A DNA stretch of 64,000 bases from an uncultured Dehalococcoidia bacterium (GTDB lineage: Bacteria > Chloroflexota > Dehalococcoidia > Lucifugimonadales > UBA3495). Below are positions 41,010 through 50,005 of the stretch, piece after piece. The stretch's first letter is position 1, and each line of letters opens with the position of its first letter. The notes below the pieces were generated by a model. It saw nothing but the letters and a program-made list of their open reading frames with translations, was not told the origin of the DNA and made no database searches. A program made the position numbers and the translations under genes. Location of the stretch: NCBI GenBank assembly GCA_964587795.1, contig CAZPMU010000004.1, forward strand, positions 15,142-79,141, in the 5' to 3' direction.

Positions 41010-41885
41010 CTACCGCTTGATGTACTTGTCCACGCTCATGGCGCCGGTGAGGGCCAGATAGACGTTGTCCTGGCTGTCCACCCAGAGGCCGTGGGCGGAG
41101 CGGGAGTCCCACCTGGCCTGGGTGCGGCCGTCCTTGTCGCGGATGCTGATTCCAGGGGTGGAGCCTTCCAGGGACGATTCGGCAATGCAGAAACTCCCGT
41201 CGGTGGTCTGGGAGATGTCGTTGGGGCGGGTCATGTCCGTCCACATCTGCAGGAACTCTCCCTCGCCGGTGAATACCTGCACCCGGCTGTTTTCGCGGTC
41301 GCACACGTAAATCAGCCCTTCCTCGTCGATCAGCAGGCTGTGGGGCAGGTGGAACTCGCCGGGGCCGCCCTTGCCCGGCTGACCCCAGGAAGCGATAAGG
41401 CGACCATCGCCGCTGAACCGGTGAACCCGGCTGTTGCGATAGCCGTCGGAAACATATATGTCTCCGGAAGGGGCAGGGAACATTTCGGAGGGGAAGTTGA
41501 AGGGACCCGCCGCCCGGGGGACAAGAGCCCCGGCCTCCTCGCAGCCGGTGTCGGAGTGGACGCCCCGCTCGCCGATGACCATCAGGGGCTTGCCGTCCAG
41601 CGTGTACTTAAGGCAGACGGAGTCTTCCCGGTCTGTAAGGTAGATAACGTCGTCCACGATGCAGAAGCCGTGGGGCAGGTTGAAGGCGCCGATGCCCCAC
41701 GAATCCACGTAGTTGCCCTCGCTGTCGAAGACAACAATGGGCGGGTCCTTGCGCTGGTAAACGTAAACTCGGTCCCGGGAATCGGTGGCCACGGAGCTTA
41801 CCACGCCGAAGGTCCAGCCTTCGGGCAGGCGCGCCCAGTCCTGTACCAGGTCGTAGTCGTGCTTGTCGGTCTGAACCAGGGTCAT
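41010..41885 (-). CDS. NHL-repeat six-bladed beta-propeller, peptidyl-alpha-hydroxyglycine lyase (PAL)-like
   Basis: Repeated YVxD blades and SDGYRNSRVHRF. ATG 41885 follows GGAGG. No signal peptide. Confidence 0.7.
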   Translation of the reverse strand: MTLVQTDKHDYDLVQDWARLPEGWTFGVVSSVATDSRDRVYVYQRKDPPIVVFDSEGNYVDSWGIGAFNLPHGFCIVDDVIYLTDREDSVCLKYTLDGKPLMVIGERGVHSDTGCEEAGALVPRAAGPFNFPSEMFPAPSGDIYVSDGYRNSRVHRFSGDGRLIASWGQPGKGGPGEFHLPHSLLIDEEGLIYVCDRENSRVQVFTGEGEFLQMWTDMTRPNDISQTTDGSFCIAESSLEGSTPGISIRDKDGRTQARWDSRSAHGLWVDSQDNVYLALTGAMSVDKYIKR

Positions 41886-41915
41886 TGCGCTGCCTCCTTG
41901 AATGTGAATGACGAA

Positions 41916-41940
41916 GGGCGGGTTTGAAACCCGCCCCTGC
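41916..41940 (+). repeat. GC-rich palindromic intergenic element, family A
   Basis: gggcgggtttgaaacccgcccctgc, between the two NHL paralogs. Confidence 0.65.
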
Positions 41941-41956
41941 GTTTGCCAGGGTTGAT

Positions 41957-42835
41957 TTAGCGCTGGCGGACCCACTTGTCTACGCTGTGGTCCAGGGTCA
42001 GGCCGAGGTAAATGTCGCCCTGGGAGTCCACCCACATGCCGTGGGCGTGGCGGATGGCCCAGCGGGTGATCATAGTGCCGTCGGGCTCCCAGATGCTCAC
42101 ATGGGGAACGCCATCAACTTCCTGCTCAACAATGTAGATAATGCCGTCGCTGTCCCTGGAAATGTCGTCGGGGCCGCCCATGCCATTGGTCCACTCGGTG
42201 ATGTATTCGCCGTCGGGGGTGAAGATCTGCACGCGGCGGTTGGCGCGGTCGCAGACATAGACCTTGCCGTCGGGGTCCACCAGGCAGCTATGGGGCAGGT
42301 GGAAGTGGCCCGGTTCAGTCTTGCCAGGCTGGCCCCATGAGGCAATCAACTGGCCGTCGGCGGTGAAGCGGTGCATACGGGCATTACGGTAGCCGTCGGA
42401 TATGTAAATGTCGCCGGAGGGGCTGGGCACCATTTCCGTGGGGTAGTTGAAGGGCCCGGCAGCCCGTGGCACAAAGTCGCCCGGCCGCTCGCAGCCCGTG
42501 TCGGAGTGGACGCCCCGCTGGCCGATGACCTGCAGGGGCTTGCCGTCCAGGGTGAACTTGACCGCCACCTGGTCGGAGCGGTCGGTTATGTAAACAATGT
42601 CGTCAACTATGGTGATGCCGTGGGGGTCGGCAATGGCGCCGATGCCCCAGCAGTTCAGGTAATTGCCTTCGGAATCGAAGACCATGACCGGCGGGTCCTG
42701 CCGTTGGAAAACGTAGACCCGGTCCTGGGAGTCGGTAGCCACGGCGCTGACGATGCCCAGGGATTCGCCCTCGGGCAGTTTGGGCCAGTCCTGGATGAGT
42801 TCGTAGGTATATTTGCCGGTGCCGGCAGTAGTCAT
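41957..42835 (-). CDS. NHL-repeat beta-propeller, PAL-like (paralog)
   Basis: SDGYRNARMHRF. Collinear similarity to 41010..41885. AGGAGG RBS. Confidence 0.7.
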   Translation of the reverse strand: MTTAGTGKYTYELIQDWPKLPEGESLGIVSAVATDSQDRVYVFQRQDPPVMVFDSEGNYLNCWGIGAIADPHGITIVDDIVYITDRSDQVAVKFTLDGKPLQVIGQRGVHSDTGCERPGDFVPRAAGPFNYPTEMVPSPSGDIYISDGYRNARMHRFTADGQLIASWGQPGKTEPGHFHLPHSCLVDPDGKVYVCDRANRRVQIFTPDGEYITEWTNGMGGPDDISRDSDGIIYIVEQEVDGVPHVSIWEPDGTMITRWAIRHAHGMWVDSQGDIYLGLTLDHSVDKWVRQR

Positions 42836-42912
42836 ACTAAGCCTCCTTGTGGGTTTGGGGACACTGCAATTAAGTGAGAGTGAGTGTTACTCCACGTTAA
42901 AGCTATCGCCTT

Positions 42913-43161
42913 TCACAAAAGTCCCAAGGGTGTCAAGTCCGCCACGGTCCAACGGGCTTGATCCTGAATCATGCGGCGAAGGATGTCTTGGCGAAATACC
43001 TGTCCCTGGCTACGAAAAGATACCGTTACCCGGCGCCCGTCAGGGTGTTGGTAACGTCTACGGCTTCCGCTCTGCCTACGGACCGCAAAACCATCACTCA
43101 ACAATGCGCTGATGATCTAGCGGGCAGTAATGGTGCGAAGTCGACTCCAGCCGATAGACAC
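42913..43161 (-). pseudogene. hicA: HicA-like toxin gene interrupted by an in-frame TAG
   Basis: GTG at 43161 gives VSIGWSRLRTITAR, then TAG (43117..43119), then IISALLSDGFAVRRQSGSRRRYQHPDGRRVTV... GSRRRY stands where HicA has GSH. Confidence 0.55.
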
Positions 43162-43162
43162 A

Positions 43163-43411
43163 CTAAACTGGGACAGCAACACGATGCTGGGTAGGATATA
43201 TAACAACCTCATCTTCGGGCCCATCCGGAATGGGTAAGTCGTCCTCCACCATTTCGGCGACGATCATCTCGACCACCTCACGGATGTTCTTTAAGGCCTC
43301 TTCTTCAGTGTAGCCCCAGATAGCTGCTCCAAATTGCTCCAGCGCCGGACAATAGGACACCCAGCGGTCTTCATCCGGTTCTACCATCACCCGAAACACG
43401 TAAGTCTTCAT
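43163..43411 (-). CDS. hicB: HicB-like antitoxin (N-terminal RNase H-like fold only)
   Basis: MKTYVFRVMVEPDEDRWVSYCPAL..GAAIWGYTEEEALKNIREV is a typical UPF0150/HicB N-domain. No C-terminal DNA-binding domain. Confidence 0.65.
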   Translation of the reverse strand: MKTYVFRVMVEPDEDRWVSYCPALEQFGAAIWGYTEEEALKNIREVVEMIVAEMVEDDLPIPDGPEDEVVIYPTQHRVAVPV

Positions 43412-43673
43412 CCCATCATTTATTCAGAGCTTCTTTTTCCCTTGCGGCAACTCTAACATAGGGTACCAACCGGTTGCCACTATGGAACTGTTTGGAGTCA
43501 GTGGAAACATGCTGCCGCCAAGCGCCTTCTTGCCTGCGGAAGACCGAATCCTAGAAGGTTACTGAACCTGAGGCATATTGAAACTCAAGAATTCTGGATA
43601 CCTGCCTTCGCAGGTTTGAAGGACCAGTACTTGAAACGTTCCTTAATTTTTGAAAAGTTATGAAGACAGGACC

Positions 43674-44549
43674 TCAGCCAAAGAACCCCGAATTTATGCC
43701 CTCCCTGATGGTCTTTGCCACCAGTTCAGGACGCTGTACCGGAACGTCGTGGATGCTGTCTTCCAGCCAGACCACCCTGACCCGGGGCAGCAAATCCTGG
43801 GCCTTGGCCACCGATTCCTCCCTGCGAAAGGTACGCTCGGTCACGGAGTCGTCGTTGGCCATGCGTGCCGGCATCATCAGCACTGGGCAGGGGACCTGGG
43901 GATAGAGTTGAGTCGGGTAATGTTCCCACAGGGTGTCGATTATGCGAAGGTGGTTTTCGCGGCTGAGGCGGGTGCGGACAGTGCCATTCTCCAGCATTTC
44001 GAAGTTGGCCATGAGAATCTGGTCAAATTCTGGGGGAAGGGGGAAGGGACGGACCCGATTTCGGAACCGCTCCCTCAGGGCCTGGGAAGTCATCCCCGCG
44101 AACAGGGGCGGGGCCATGTCCTCCCTGGCCTTTTCCCGGGTCATACCCGGCCGGGCGGAGGGTTCAATCATCCCGCCGTCCACGAAACAGATCCCGGCGG
44201 GAACATCGGGATAGGCCACCGCGAATTCCAGGGCCACGTCGGCGCCCCAGGAGTGACCCACTATAACGGGACGCTCCAGGCCCCGGGCCTGGATTATCCC
44301 CAGCAGGTCGCGGCCCACGGAGGCAAAATCGTACCCGTACTCGGGTTTGTCGCTAAGGCCGTGCCCACGCTGGTCCACCGCGATTACGGAAAACTCTCCG
44401 GCCAGGTCCGGGGCCACCAGGTCCCAGATGTGGCATGAGGAGGCCAGGCCGTGGAGCAGCACCACAGGCCTGCCGGTTCCGCCCCAGTCCCGGTAGTGCA
44501 GGTTGATTCCGTTGGTGGCAAAGTATCCGTCTATCGCAGCCTGGACCAT
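43674..44549 (-). CDS. Alpha/beta hydrolase
   Basis: LLHGLASS, QRGHGLSDKP, GHSWGA. ATG 44549 is preceded by AGGAGG. Confidence 0.8.
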   Translation of the reverse strand: MVQAAIDGYFATNGINLHYRDWGGTGRPVVLLHGLASSCHIWDLVAPDLAGEFSVIAVDQRGHGLSDKPEYGYDFASVGRDLLGIIQARGLERPVIVGHSWGADVALEFAVAYPDVPAGICFVDGGMIEPSARPGMTREKAREDMAPPLFAGMTSQALRERFRNRVRPFPLPPEFDQILMANFEMLENGTVRTRLSRENHLRIIDTLWEHYPTQLYPQVPCPVLMMPARMANDDSVTERTFRREESVAKAQDLLPRVRVVWLEDSIHDVPVQRPELVAKTIREGINSGFFG

Positions 44550-44732
44550 GCTGCCTCCTGAGTTGTAATTGCCGGGCAAGGAAACTTGAACCGGAAAATT
44601 CCGAAAGACAATGGGATGTTACCCCGGCGTTATTGGAATGACAACCGCCGCGCCGCAATTCCAGGCATTCTATGGACACGCCCGCCGGGCTACACTAGGA
44701 TTAGGGAACTCAACGGCGCCAGGGGGTGCAGG

Positions 44733-45446
44733 ATGGCAGAAAACCGGACACCGGGTCAACCGGAACGTCCCGACACCTACTTGAGGATAAGAGTGGATGA
44801 AGTGCGTTCCATTCCCCTGCCGGACGGAGACGTGGGCGAGGGACTGTCGCTGACCACCGAGCGAGGCGACATTCCGGCCATCCTGCACCGGTCGCCGGGT
44901 TCCACCAAGGGCGTGATCTGGGTCTGCGGCGCCCGGGGCGGGTTCGGCGGGCCGGGGCCGGGCCTCTACAGCCAACTGGCCCAGGAGTTTAATTCCCAGG
45001 GCATAACCTCCCTGCGGCTCGACTACCGCCTGCCTAACGTGCTTCCCGAGTGCGCCATGGACCTGCTGGCCGGTGTTACCTGCCTGGAAGAACTGGGGCA
45101 CGAGCCGGTGGTAGTGGTAGGCCACTCCTTCGGTGGCGCCGTAGTAGTTGCCGCAGGGGCGGTGAGCCGGCACGTGGCCGGCGTGGTGTCCCTGTCGCCC
45201 CAGACATACGGGGCCAACATGGCCGGGCTAGTATCGCCTCGCCCGATGCTGATTGTCCACGGGAAGGCGGATACACGCCTGCCTTATTCTTGCGGTATGC
45301 AGGTTTACGAGTGGGCCAACGAACCCAAGCAATTGGTTCTTTATGACGGGGCGGAACATCGCCTGGAGGAGTGCAGAGAAGAACTGGCGGACCTGCTGCG
45401 GGAATGGATTCCCGCCACGCTGTCAGCAGGGCCGGTCAATTTGTAG
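44733..45446 (+). CDS. Alpha/beta hydrolase (dienelactone hydrolase-like)
   Basis: GHSFGG nucleophile elbow, HGKADTRLP, GAEHRL. Confidence 0.7.
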   Translation: MAENRTPGQPERPDTYLRIRVDEVRSIPLPDGDVGEGLSLTTERGDIPAILHRSPGSTKGVIWVCGARGGFGGPGPGLYSQLAQEFNSQGITSLRLDYRLPNVLPECAMDLLAGVTCLEELGHEPVVVVGHSFGGAVVVAAGAVSRHVAGVVSLSPQTYGANMAGLVSPRPMLIVHGKADTRLPYSCGMQVYEWANEPKQLVLYDGAEHRLEECREELADLLREWIPATLSAGPVNL

Positions 45447-45661
45447 ACGGGACGCAACTGCCAGAGACCGGAGAGGACCAAGAGAGTACACCCGGTCCCC
45501 GACGAGAGCAATACAGTCTCTCCTGCGGCATTCACCCGCCTGGAGTCCTCGGGCTGTACCGGGTTTTATGCAATGGCATTCGGCAGCATGGAAGGCAAGC
45601 TGGCAGCGCGGGAGTATTTTGCCACCTTTGCGTGAAAACCCGACTGGCACATCGGTGGACA

Positions 45662-45684
45662 GGGTAGCCACGAGGGCTGCCCCT
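45662..45684 (+). repeat. GC-rich palindromic intergenic element, family B
   Basis: gggtagccacgagggctgcccct. Confidence 0.6.
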
Positions 45685-45736
45685 GTGGCGACAGCGGCAC
45701 TCTGCTGCTATCCACTAAAATTCCGTACACAGGCGG

Positions 45737-46243
45737 CTATGCGGCTTCGCTCCAGTCCCTGACGTAGCGGCGCTGCGCCTCCGTCTCGGGAGAACGGATC
45801 CAGTCAGACTTGGGGCAATGGGCCCAGAGTTCCGCCAGGCGATCCAGCGCCGCGTGTCCCTGGTGCCCCTGGCGGGACAACCAGCAGCCAATGATGGTGC
45901 CGGTGCGGCCAATGCCGCCCATGCAGTGCACGTAGACGATCCTTCCCTCGGCCATTTGCTCATCGATGGTGTCCAGTATGGCGGTCGTCAACTCCGGGGA
46001 CGACGGAGTCGTCACATCTCTGATGGGGAATCGCCGGTAGGTTTGTGAATCCGGGTCCAGCCATTGGGAATAAGGGAGCATGTGGCCCTCCTCGGTCAGG
46101 TCGATAAAGACTTCGACGCCGCCTTCCTTAAAGGAGGCCAGTTTCTCGATGGACGAAGGCTCGTCCGTGTTCCGGGGATATTCTCCCGCCAGCAATTTAC
46201 CGGGCACCACCCAGTAGCAATTTTCAATCGGCTTTTCGTTCAA
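45737..46243 (-). CDS. Dual-specificity/tyrosine protein phosphatase
   Basis: P-loop VHCMGGIGRTGT (HCxxGxxR[ST]). TTG start follows GAGGAA. Confidence 0.8.
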   Translation of the reverse strand: MNEKPIENCYWVVPGKLLAGEYPRNTDEPSSIEKLASFKEGGVEVFIDLTEEGHMLPYSQWLDPDSQTYRRFPIRDVTTPSSPELTTAILDTIDEQMAEGRIVYVHCMGGIGRTGTIIGCWLSRQGHQGHAALDRLAELWAHCPKSDWIRSPETEAQRRYVRDWSEAA

Positions 46244-46252
46244 GGTATTCCT

Positions 46253-48235
46253 CTACTCTCCGGTCAGGCTTACCGGAATTATGTAAACCCCTTTGGCCCG
46301 GGGCATCAGGGAGCTTTCGTAGTTGTAGTGGGTTTCCACCAGCATCCGGTATTGGGTTTCGGACAGTTTCTGCCAGCCGAAGGGTACCGGATTCCAGCCC
46401 ACCATCTGCAGGAGCCGCTCCGACTTTTCAACGGTGGAGTTCAGGCCATCCTCCCGGACGCGCAGTACGTTAGCCGTCATGGCAAAGTCGTCGGCGACTT
46501 CCTTGCCGGTCATAAACAGGTGCAGCGCCGTAGGATCATCCTCCAAGCGGCCCAGCGGCATCCAGCTAAGGGTGTGGTCCCAGGACACCAGGCGGGCGTA
46601 GCCGCTGTCGCTGGAAAGAAACCCTTCGTCCCGCACATCCACCACCCAGATACCGCCGCCCTCGTCCTTGAAACCGTACAGGGTATTGAAGAGATGGTGG
46701 CCCTCATCACTCATGCGGGCTGAAGCGCCGTACAGGCCTGCGTCGGGCGCCCTGGGAAACTCGTCAATGGGGTAGCGGACTTTTGCATACTCGTCGGGAC
46801 GGTCGAGGTTGACCATGTAGACGGCTTGCCAACGAGGGTCGGCGGGCCGGTCTGCTTCCGCCGGCGTCCAGCCCTCGGTGCTGAACAGCCAGGAACGGGC
46901 ATCGTAGGGCAGGGGCAGGGCCATCAGGATGATACCGGGGGCAGTGTAGAGCTCCGTGGCCTCGCCGGCCCCGTTGACCTCAAGGACCTTGTAACGCTGC
47001 TTCCTGTCGGGTTCCAGCGACCGGCGCACTATCAAGTAGTGCCGGGACTCGCTATCCTCTCCGCCAGGGTAAGCGCGAAACCCGCCGGCTGTGTCGCAGT
47101 CACCCAGCCACGGCACCTGTTCCCCTTTGAGAATGGCGGCAATCCACCATCCCTCAAAGCCGAAGTACTGGACGCCTGCGCCTGAACCGTTATACAGGAG
47201 GGCCTGAGTCCGGTCCGGCAGCCCGGCGCTATCTGCCGCCGCCCTGGTGATGTGCTCTGGAGTGTAGCGAAAGCCGACCGACTCCAAAACACCCAGGTAA
47301 TCGGAAGCGGCCAGGCTTTCCTCGTACACCCGGCACTGCTTCAGGGCCAGGGGCGCCGGGGGATAGCGCTGGTCCTCGAAGGGCAGGGACAGGATTTCAA
47401 GCTCGTATTCGCGGGCCAGGTCGGTAGAACCGCCGCTGAGGGACCGTGCGTTCAGGTGCAGGTGGGTAGGGGAGGCGATCCGGTCGTCGTTGCTCTGCCA
47501 CTCCGGGGGAACTTCATCGGGTATCACGAGGAAGGTGCCATCCACGAAAATTTCGGCAATCACACCCGTGGAGAACCGGCGCCGCTGGTATTCGAACTCT
47601 ACGGTGGTGAATAACCCGCCGCCTTCCCCGCTTTCCAGCGTCGTCAGCAGGTCGTCATCAACGGGCACGCCCATTTCCATCAGCCGGTAAATCTTGTGGA
47701 CCGGGTGTTCGCCCACCAGTTCCGACTCCAGGGCCAGCGGGTCAAGGAAACTGTGGGTACCGCTATCGTCCAGGAGATGAACCTTGACCTTGCCATCCAC
47801 CTCAACCACCAGGTCGGGTTCGCCCCGCACTTCGGTCAGTTCCCCTTCCGCAGTGGCAGCATAGAAGTGTGGCCGCACCAGTTCCGAAAAGGGCTTGGTG
47901 GCGTCATAAACGGAGCGAGGTTTTTCAATCGCCGGCGGCGTGGCGGCGTTTTCTTTCTTGACATCAGCCATCACTGCAGCCTCCGGCGGGGAAACAGGTT
48001 CATTCTCAACCGCCGGCGGTTCCGGCGTCAGCAGGATTTCCCGCGTCAAAGTTGGGGTGGAAGTGGAAGCCGGCATTGCCAATGGGGTGGGAATTGCGGC
48101 GACAGTTGACCGCGCCGTTTGGGTGGCATCCGGCGGCAAAGGCGTCGCCTCGGCAGCGCAACCTGCCAGGACGACCAGCAGCAGGGTGAGCGGAGCAAAC
48201 CTTGCCAGACGCCAGCAGTTGGAGACTAACACCAT
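46253..48235 (-). CDS. Hypothetical 660-aa lipoprotein, no recognisable domain
   Basis: Signal peptide with lipobox LVVLAGC, then a Pro/Thr-rich linker. The gene is tightly packed between the neighbouring genes. Confidence 0.6.
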   Translation of the reverse strand: MVLVSNCWRLARFAPLTLLLVVLAGCAAEATPLPPDATQTARSTVAAIPTPLAMPASTSTPTLTREILLTPEPPAVENEPVSPPEAAVMADVKKENAATPPAIEKPRSVYDATKPFSELVRPHFYAATAEGELTEVRGEPDLVVEVDGKVKVHLLDDSGTHSFLDPLALESELVGEHPVHKIYRLMEMGVPVDDDLLTTLESGEGGGLFTTVEFEYQRRRFSTGVIAEIFVDGTFLVIPDEVPPEWQSNDDRIASPTHLHLNARSLSGGSTDLAREYELEILSLPFEDQRYPPAPLALKQCRVYEESLAASDYLGVLESVGFRYTPEHITRAAADSAGLPDRTQALLYNGSGAGVQYFGFEGWWIAAILKGEQVPWLGDCDTAGGFRAYPGGEDSESRHYLIVRRSLEPDRKQRYKVLEVNGAGEATELYTAPGIILMALPLPYDARSWLFSTEGWTPAEADRPADPRWQAVYMVNLDRPDEYAKVRYPIDEFPRAPDAGLYGASARMSDEGHHLFNTLYGFKDEGGGIWVVDVRDEGFLSSDSGYARLVSWDHTLSWMPLGRLEDDPTALHLFMTGKEVADDFAMTANVLRVREDGLNSTVEKSERLLQMVGWNPVPFGWQKLSETQYRMLVETHYNYESSLMPRAKGVYIIPVSLTGE

Positions 48236-48237
48236 GG

Positions 48238-49164
48238 TCAGCTTCCCGCAGCAAGGGGTTTGAGGGCCGCGTATATTACATCGTTTATGGGGGTTGGAAT
48301 GCCGGCGGCCAGGCCGGCACGGACTACAGCCCCGGTCAGGGCCTCCAGTTCCAGGGGGCGGCCGGCCATAATGTCGGCGTGCATTGAGGCGTGCATTTCG
48401 TCCAGGTCGCCCTCGATGTAAGCAACGGTAGTGTCCACTATGTCAGGGGCAAGAGCTACCTGGCTGGCGCGAGCCACCGCCTCGATCTCCTTCATGCAAT
48501 TGAGGATAACCCGACGCCACTCGGCGCGGGGCATTATTTCGGCCATGGTTTCCCGGGACAGGCTGGTAACACCGGCCATTGTGGCTATGAAGAGAAACTT
48601 GGTCCAGAGGACCTGGCGTATATCCTGGCTGAACTGGGCATTGATGCCCGCTTCCGAAAAGGCTTGCTGAATGGAGCGCCCACGCTGGCTGTCGCTGCCG
48701 TCCTGTTCTCCGAAGGCGATACGGACCACGCTGCCACTCTGCCTGACCATGCCCGGTCCCAGGCGCGCTGCCTCGATGTAGGCCGCGCCAGGAAGAACCC
48801 GCTCCCCACCGAGAGACTCGGCCGCGGACTGGTAGCTGTCGATACCGTTCTGAAGGCACAGCACTGTCGTTTCCCGACCTACCAGGGGCAGCATGGCCGG
48901 CACCGCAGCGGCGTTCTGGTAAGTCTTGACCGTCAGGAGAGCCAGGTCTACCGGGCCCACGGTGGCGGTGTCATCGGTAGCCGACAACTCGTCGCCGCAG
49001 GGAATGGTCAGCAAGGCATCGTCGGTCTGAATCCGGAGGCCCTGGTTCTGAATAGCCGCCAGGTTTTCGCCCCGCGCAATCAGGGATACCTGGTGTCCGG
49101 AATGGGCCAACATTCCGCCGAAATAGCTGCCAATACTGCCAGTTCCCATTACCGCAATGCGCAT
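48238..49164 (-). CDS. 2-dehydropantoate 2-reductase (PanE/ApbA) family oxidoreductase
   Basis: MRIAVMGTGSIGSYFGG Rossmann motif and the ApbA C-terminal pattern. Confidence 0.75.
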   Translation of the reverse strand: MRIAVMGTGSIGSYFGGMLAHSGHQVSLIARGENLAAIQNQGLRIQTDDALLTIPCGDELSATDDTATVGPVDLALLTVKTYQNAAAVPAMLPLVGRETTVLCLQNGIDSYQSAAESLGGERVLPGAAYIEAARLGPGMVRQSGSVVRIAFGEQDGSDSQRGRSIQQAFSEAGINAQFSQDIRQVLWTKFLFIATMAGVTSLSRETMAEIMPRAEWRRVILNCMKEIEAVARASQVALAPDIVDTTVAYIEGDLDEMHASMHADIMAGRPLELEALTGAVVRAGLAAGIPTPINDVIYAALKPLAAGS

Positions 49165-49447
49165 TGCTCACTCCAGAAATGCAAGTGATTTACCGCCGAC
49201 TTCCAATGAACGATAAACCGGGTTGTCGCAGATTACAACCGCCCTGTAGTGAATGTGCCGGTAGAGAGTCCGGGTAACAGATTACTCAAAAGCCGGCATC
49301 CCCGCGAAAGCGGAGATATTCGTGCTTCGAGTTCGATGTTCTCTACATCACGAAATTCATGGGCCCGGGGCCGTTCCTTCCCTCCCGTCTTGAACAGTCG
49401 CGAAGAGCTAACCTGGGAGTGTACCCCCGAGACCCTTGCGAATTGCC

Positions 49448-49476
49448 TTGACTACCCACTTTTTTCTACTTATGCT
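49448..49476 (+). promoter_or_regulatory. Candidate sigma70-type promoter
   Basis: TTGACT - 17 nt - TATGCT, about 90 nt upstream of ATG 49566. Pattern match only. Confidence 0.3.
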
Positions 49477-49565
49477 GGGTTTGCTTTCGGCAATTGCACG
49501 GAAAGCCAATCTGGAAGAGCATTCGGGGGCCAATGCCGTAAGCCGGCCCCGGAAAGGAGCAGCGG

Positions 49566-49994
49566 ATGACTCAGCAGCAGCCAGCCCCGCCCATAACACC
49601 GCCCGTCCCGCAGCCGGAATCGGACTTTTACTGGGAAAAGTGCAAGGAACGCGAGCTATGGCTTCGCCGCTGTGTTGCCTGCGGCAACATTTACTTCTAT
49701 CCCCGGGACATTTGCCCGGCGTGTTTTTCACGGAACACTGACTGGATCAAGAGCAGCGGGCGGGGCACCGTTCACACTTTCTGCATTGTGCACCGGGCGC
49801 CCACGCCGGCCTTCCGGGACATGGTGCCCTACGTTCCCGTTATTGTTGAACTGGAGGGCGGGGCGCGGATCATATCGCACCTGGTGGATATTGAACCGGA
49901 CCCGGATGTAATCAAGTGCGGCATGGAGGTGGAGGTTATCTTCGATGACCTGACCGACACCATAAGCCTGCCCAAGTTCCGTCCCGCCAGTTGA
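49566..49994 (+). CDS. DUF35 Zn-ribbon/OB-fold protein
   Basis: CVACGNIYFYPRDICPACFS rubredoxin-like knuckle followed by an OB-fold region. Confidence 0.75.
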   Translation: MTQQQPAPPITPPVPQPESDFYWEKCKERELWLRRCVACGNIYFYPRDICPACFSRNTDWIKSSGRGTVHTFCIVHRAPTPAFRDMVPYVPVIVELEGGARIISHLVDIEPDPDVIKCGMEVEVIFDDLTDTISLPKFRPAS

Positions 49995-50005
49995 CGAGCA
50001 GGGAT

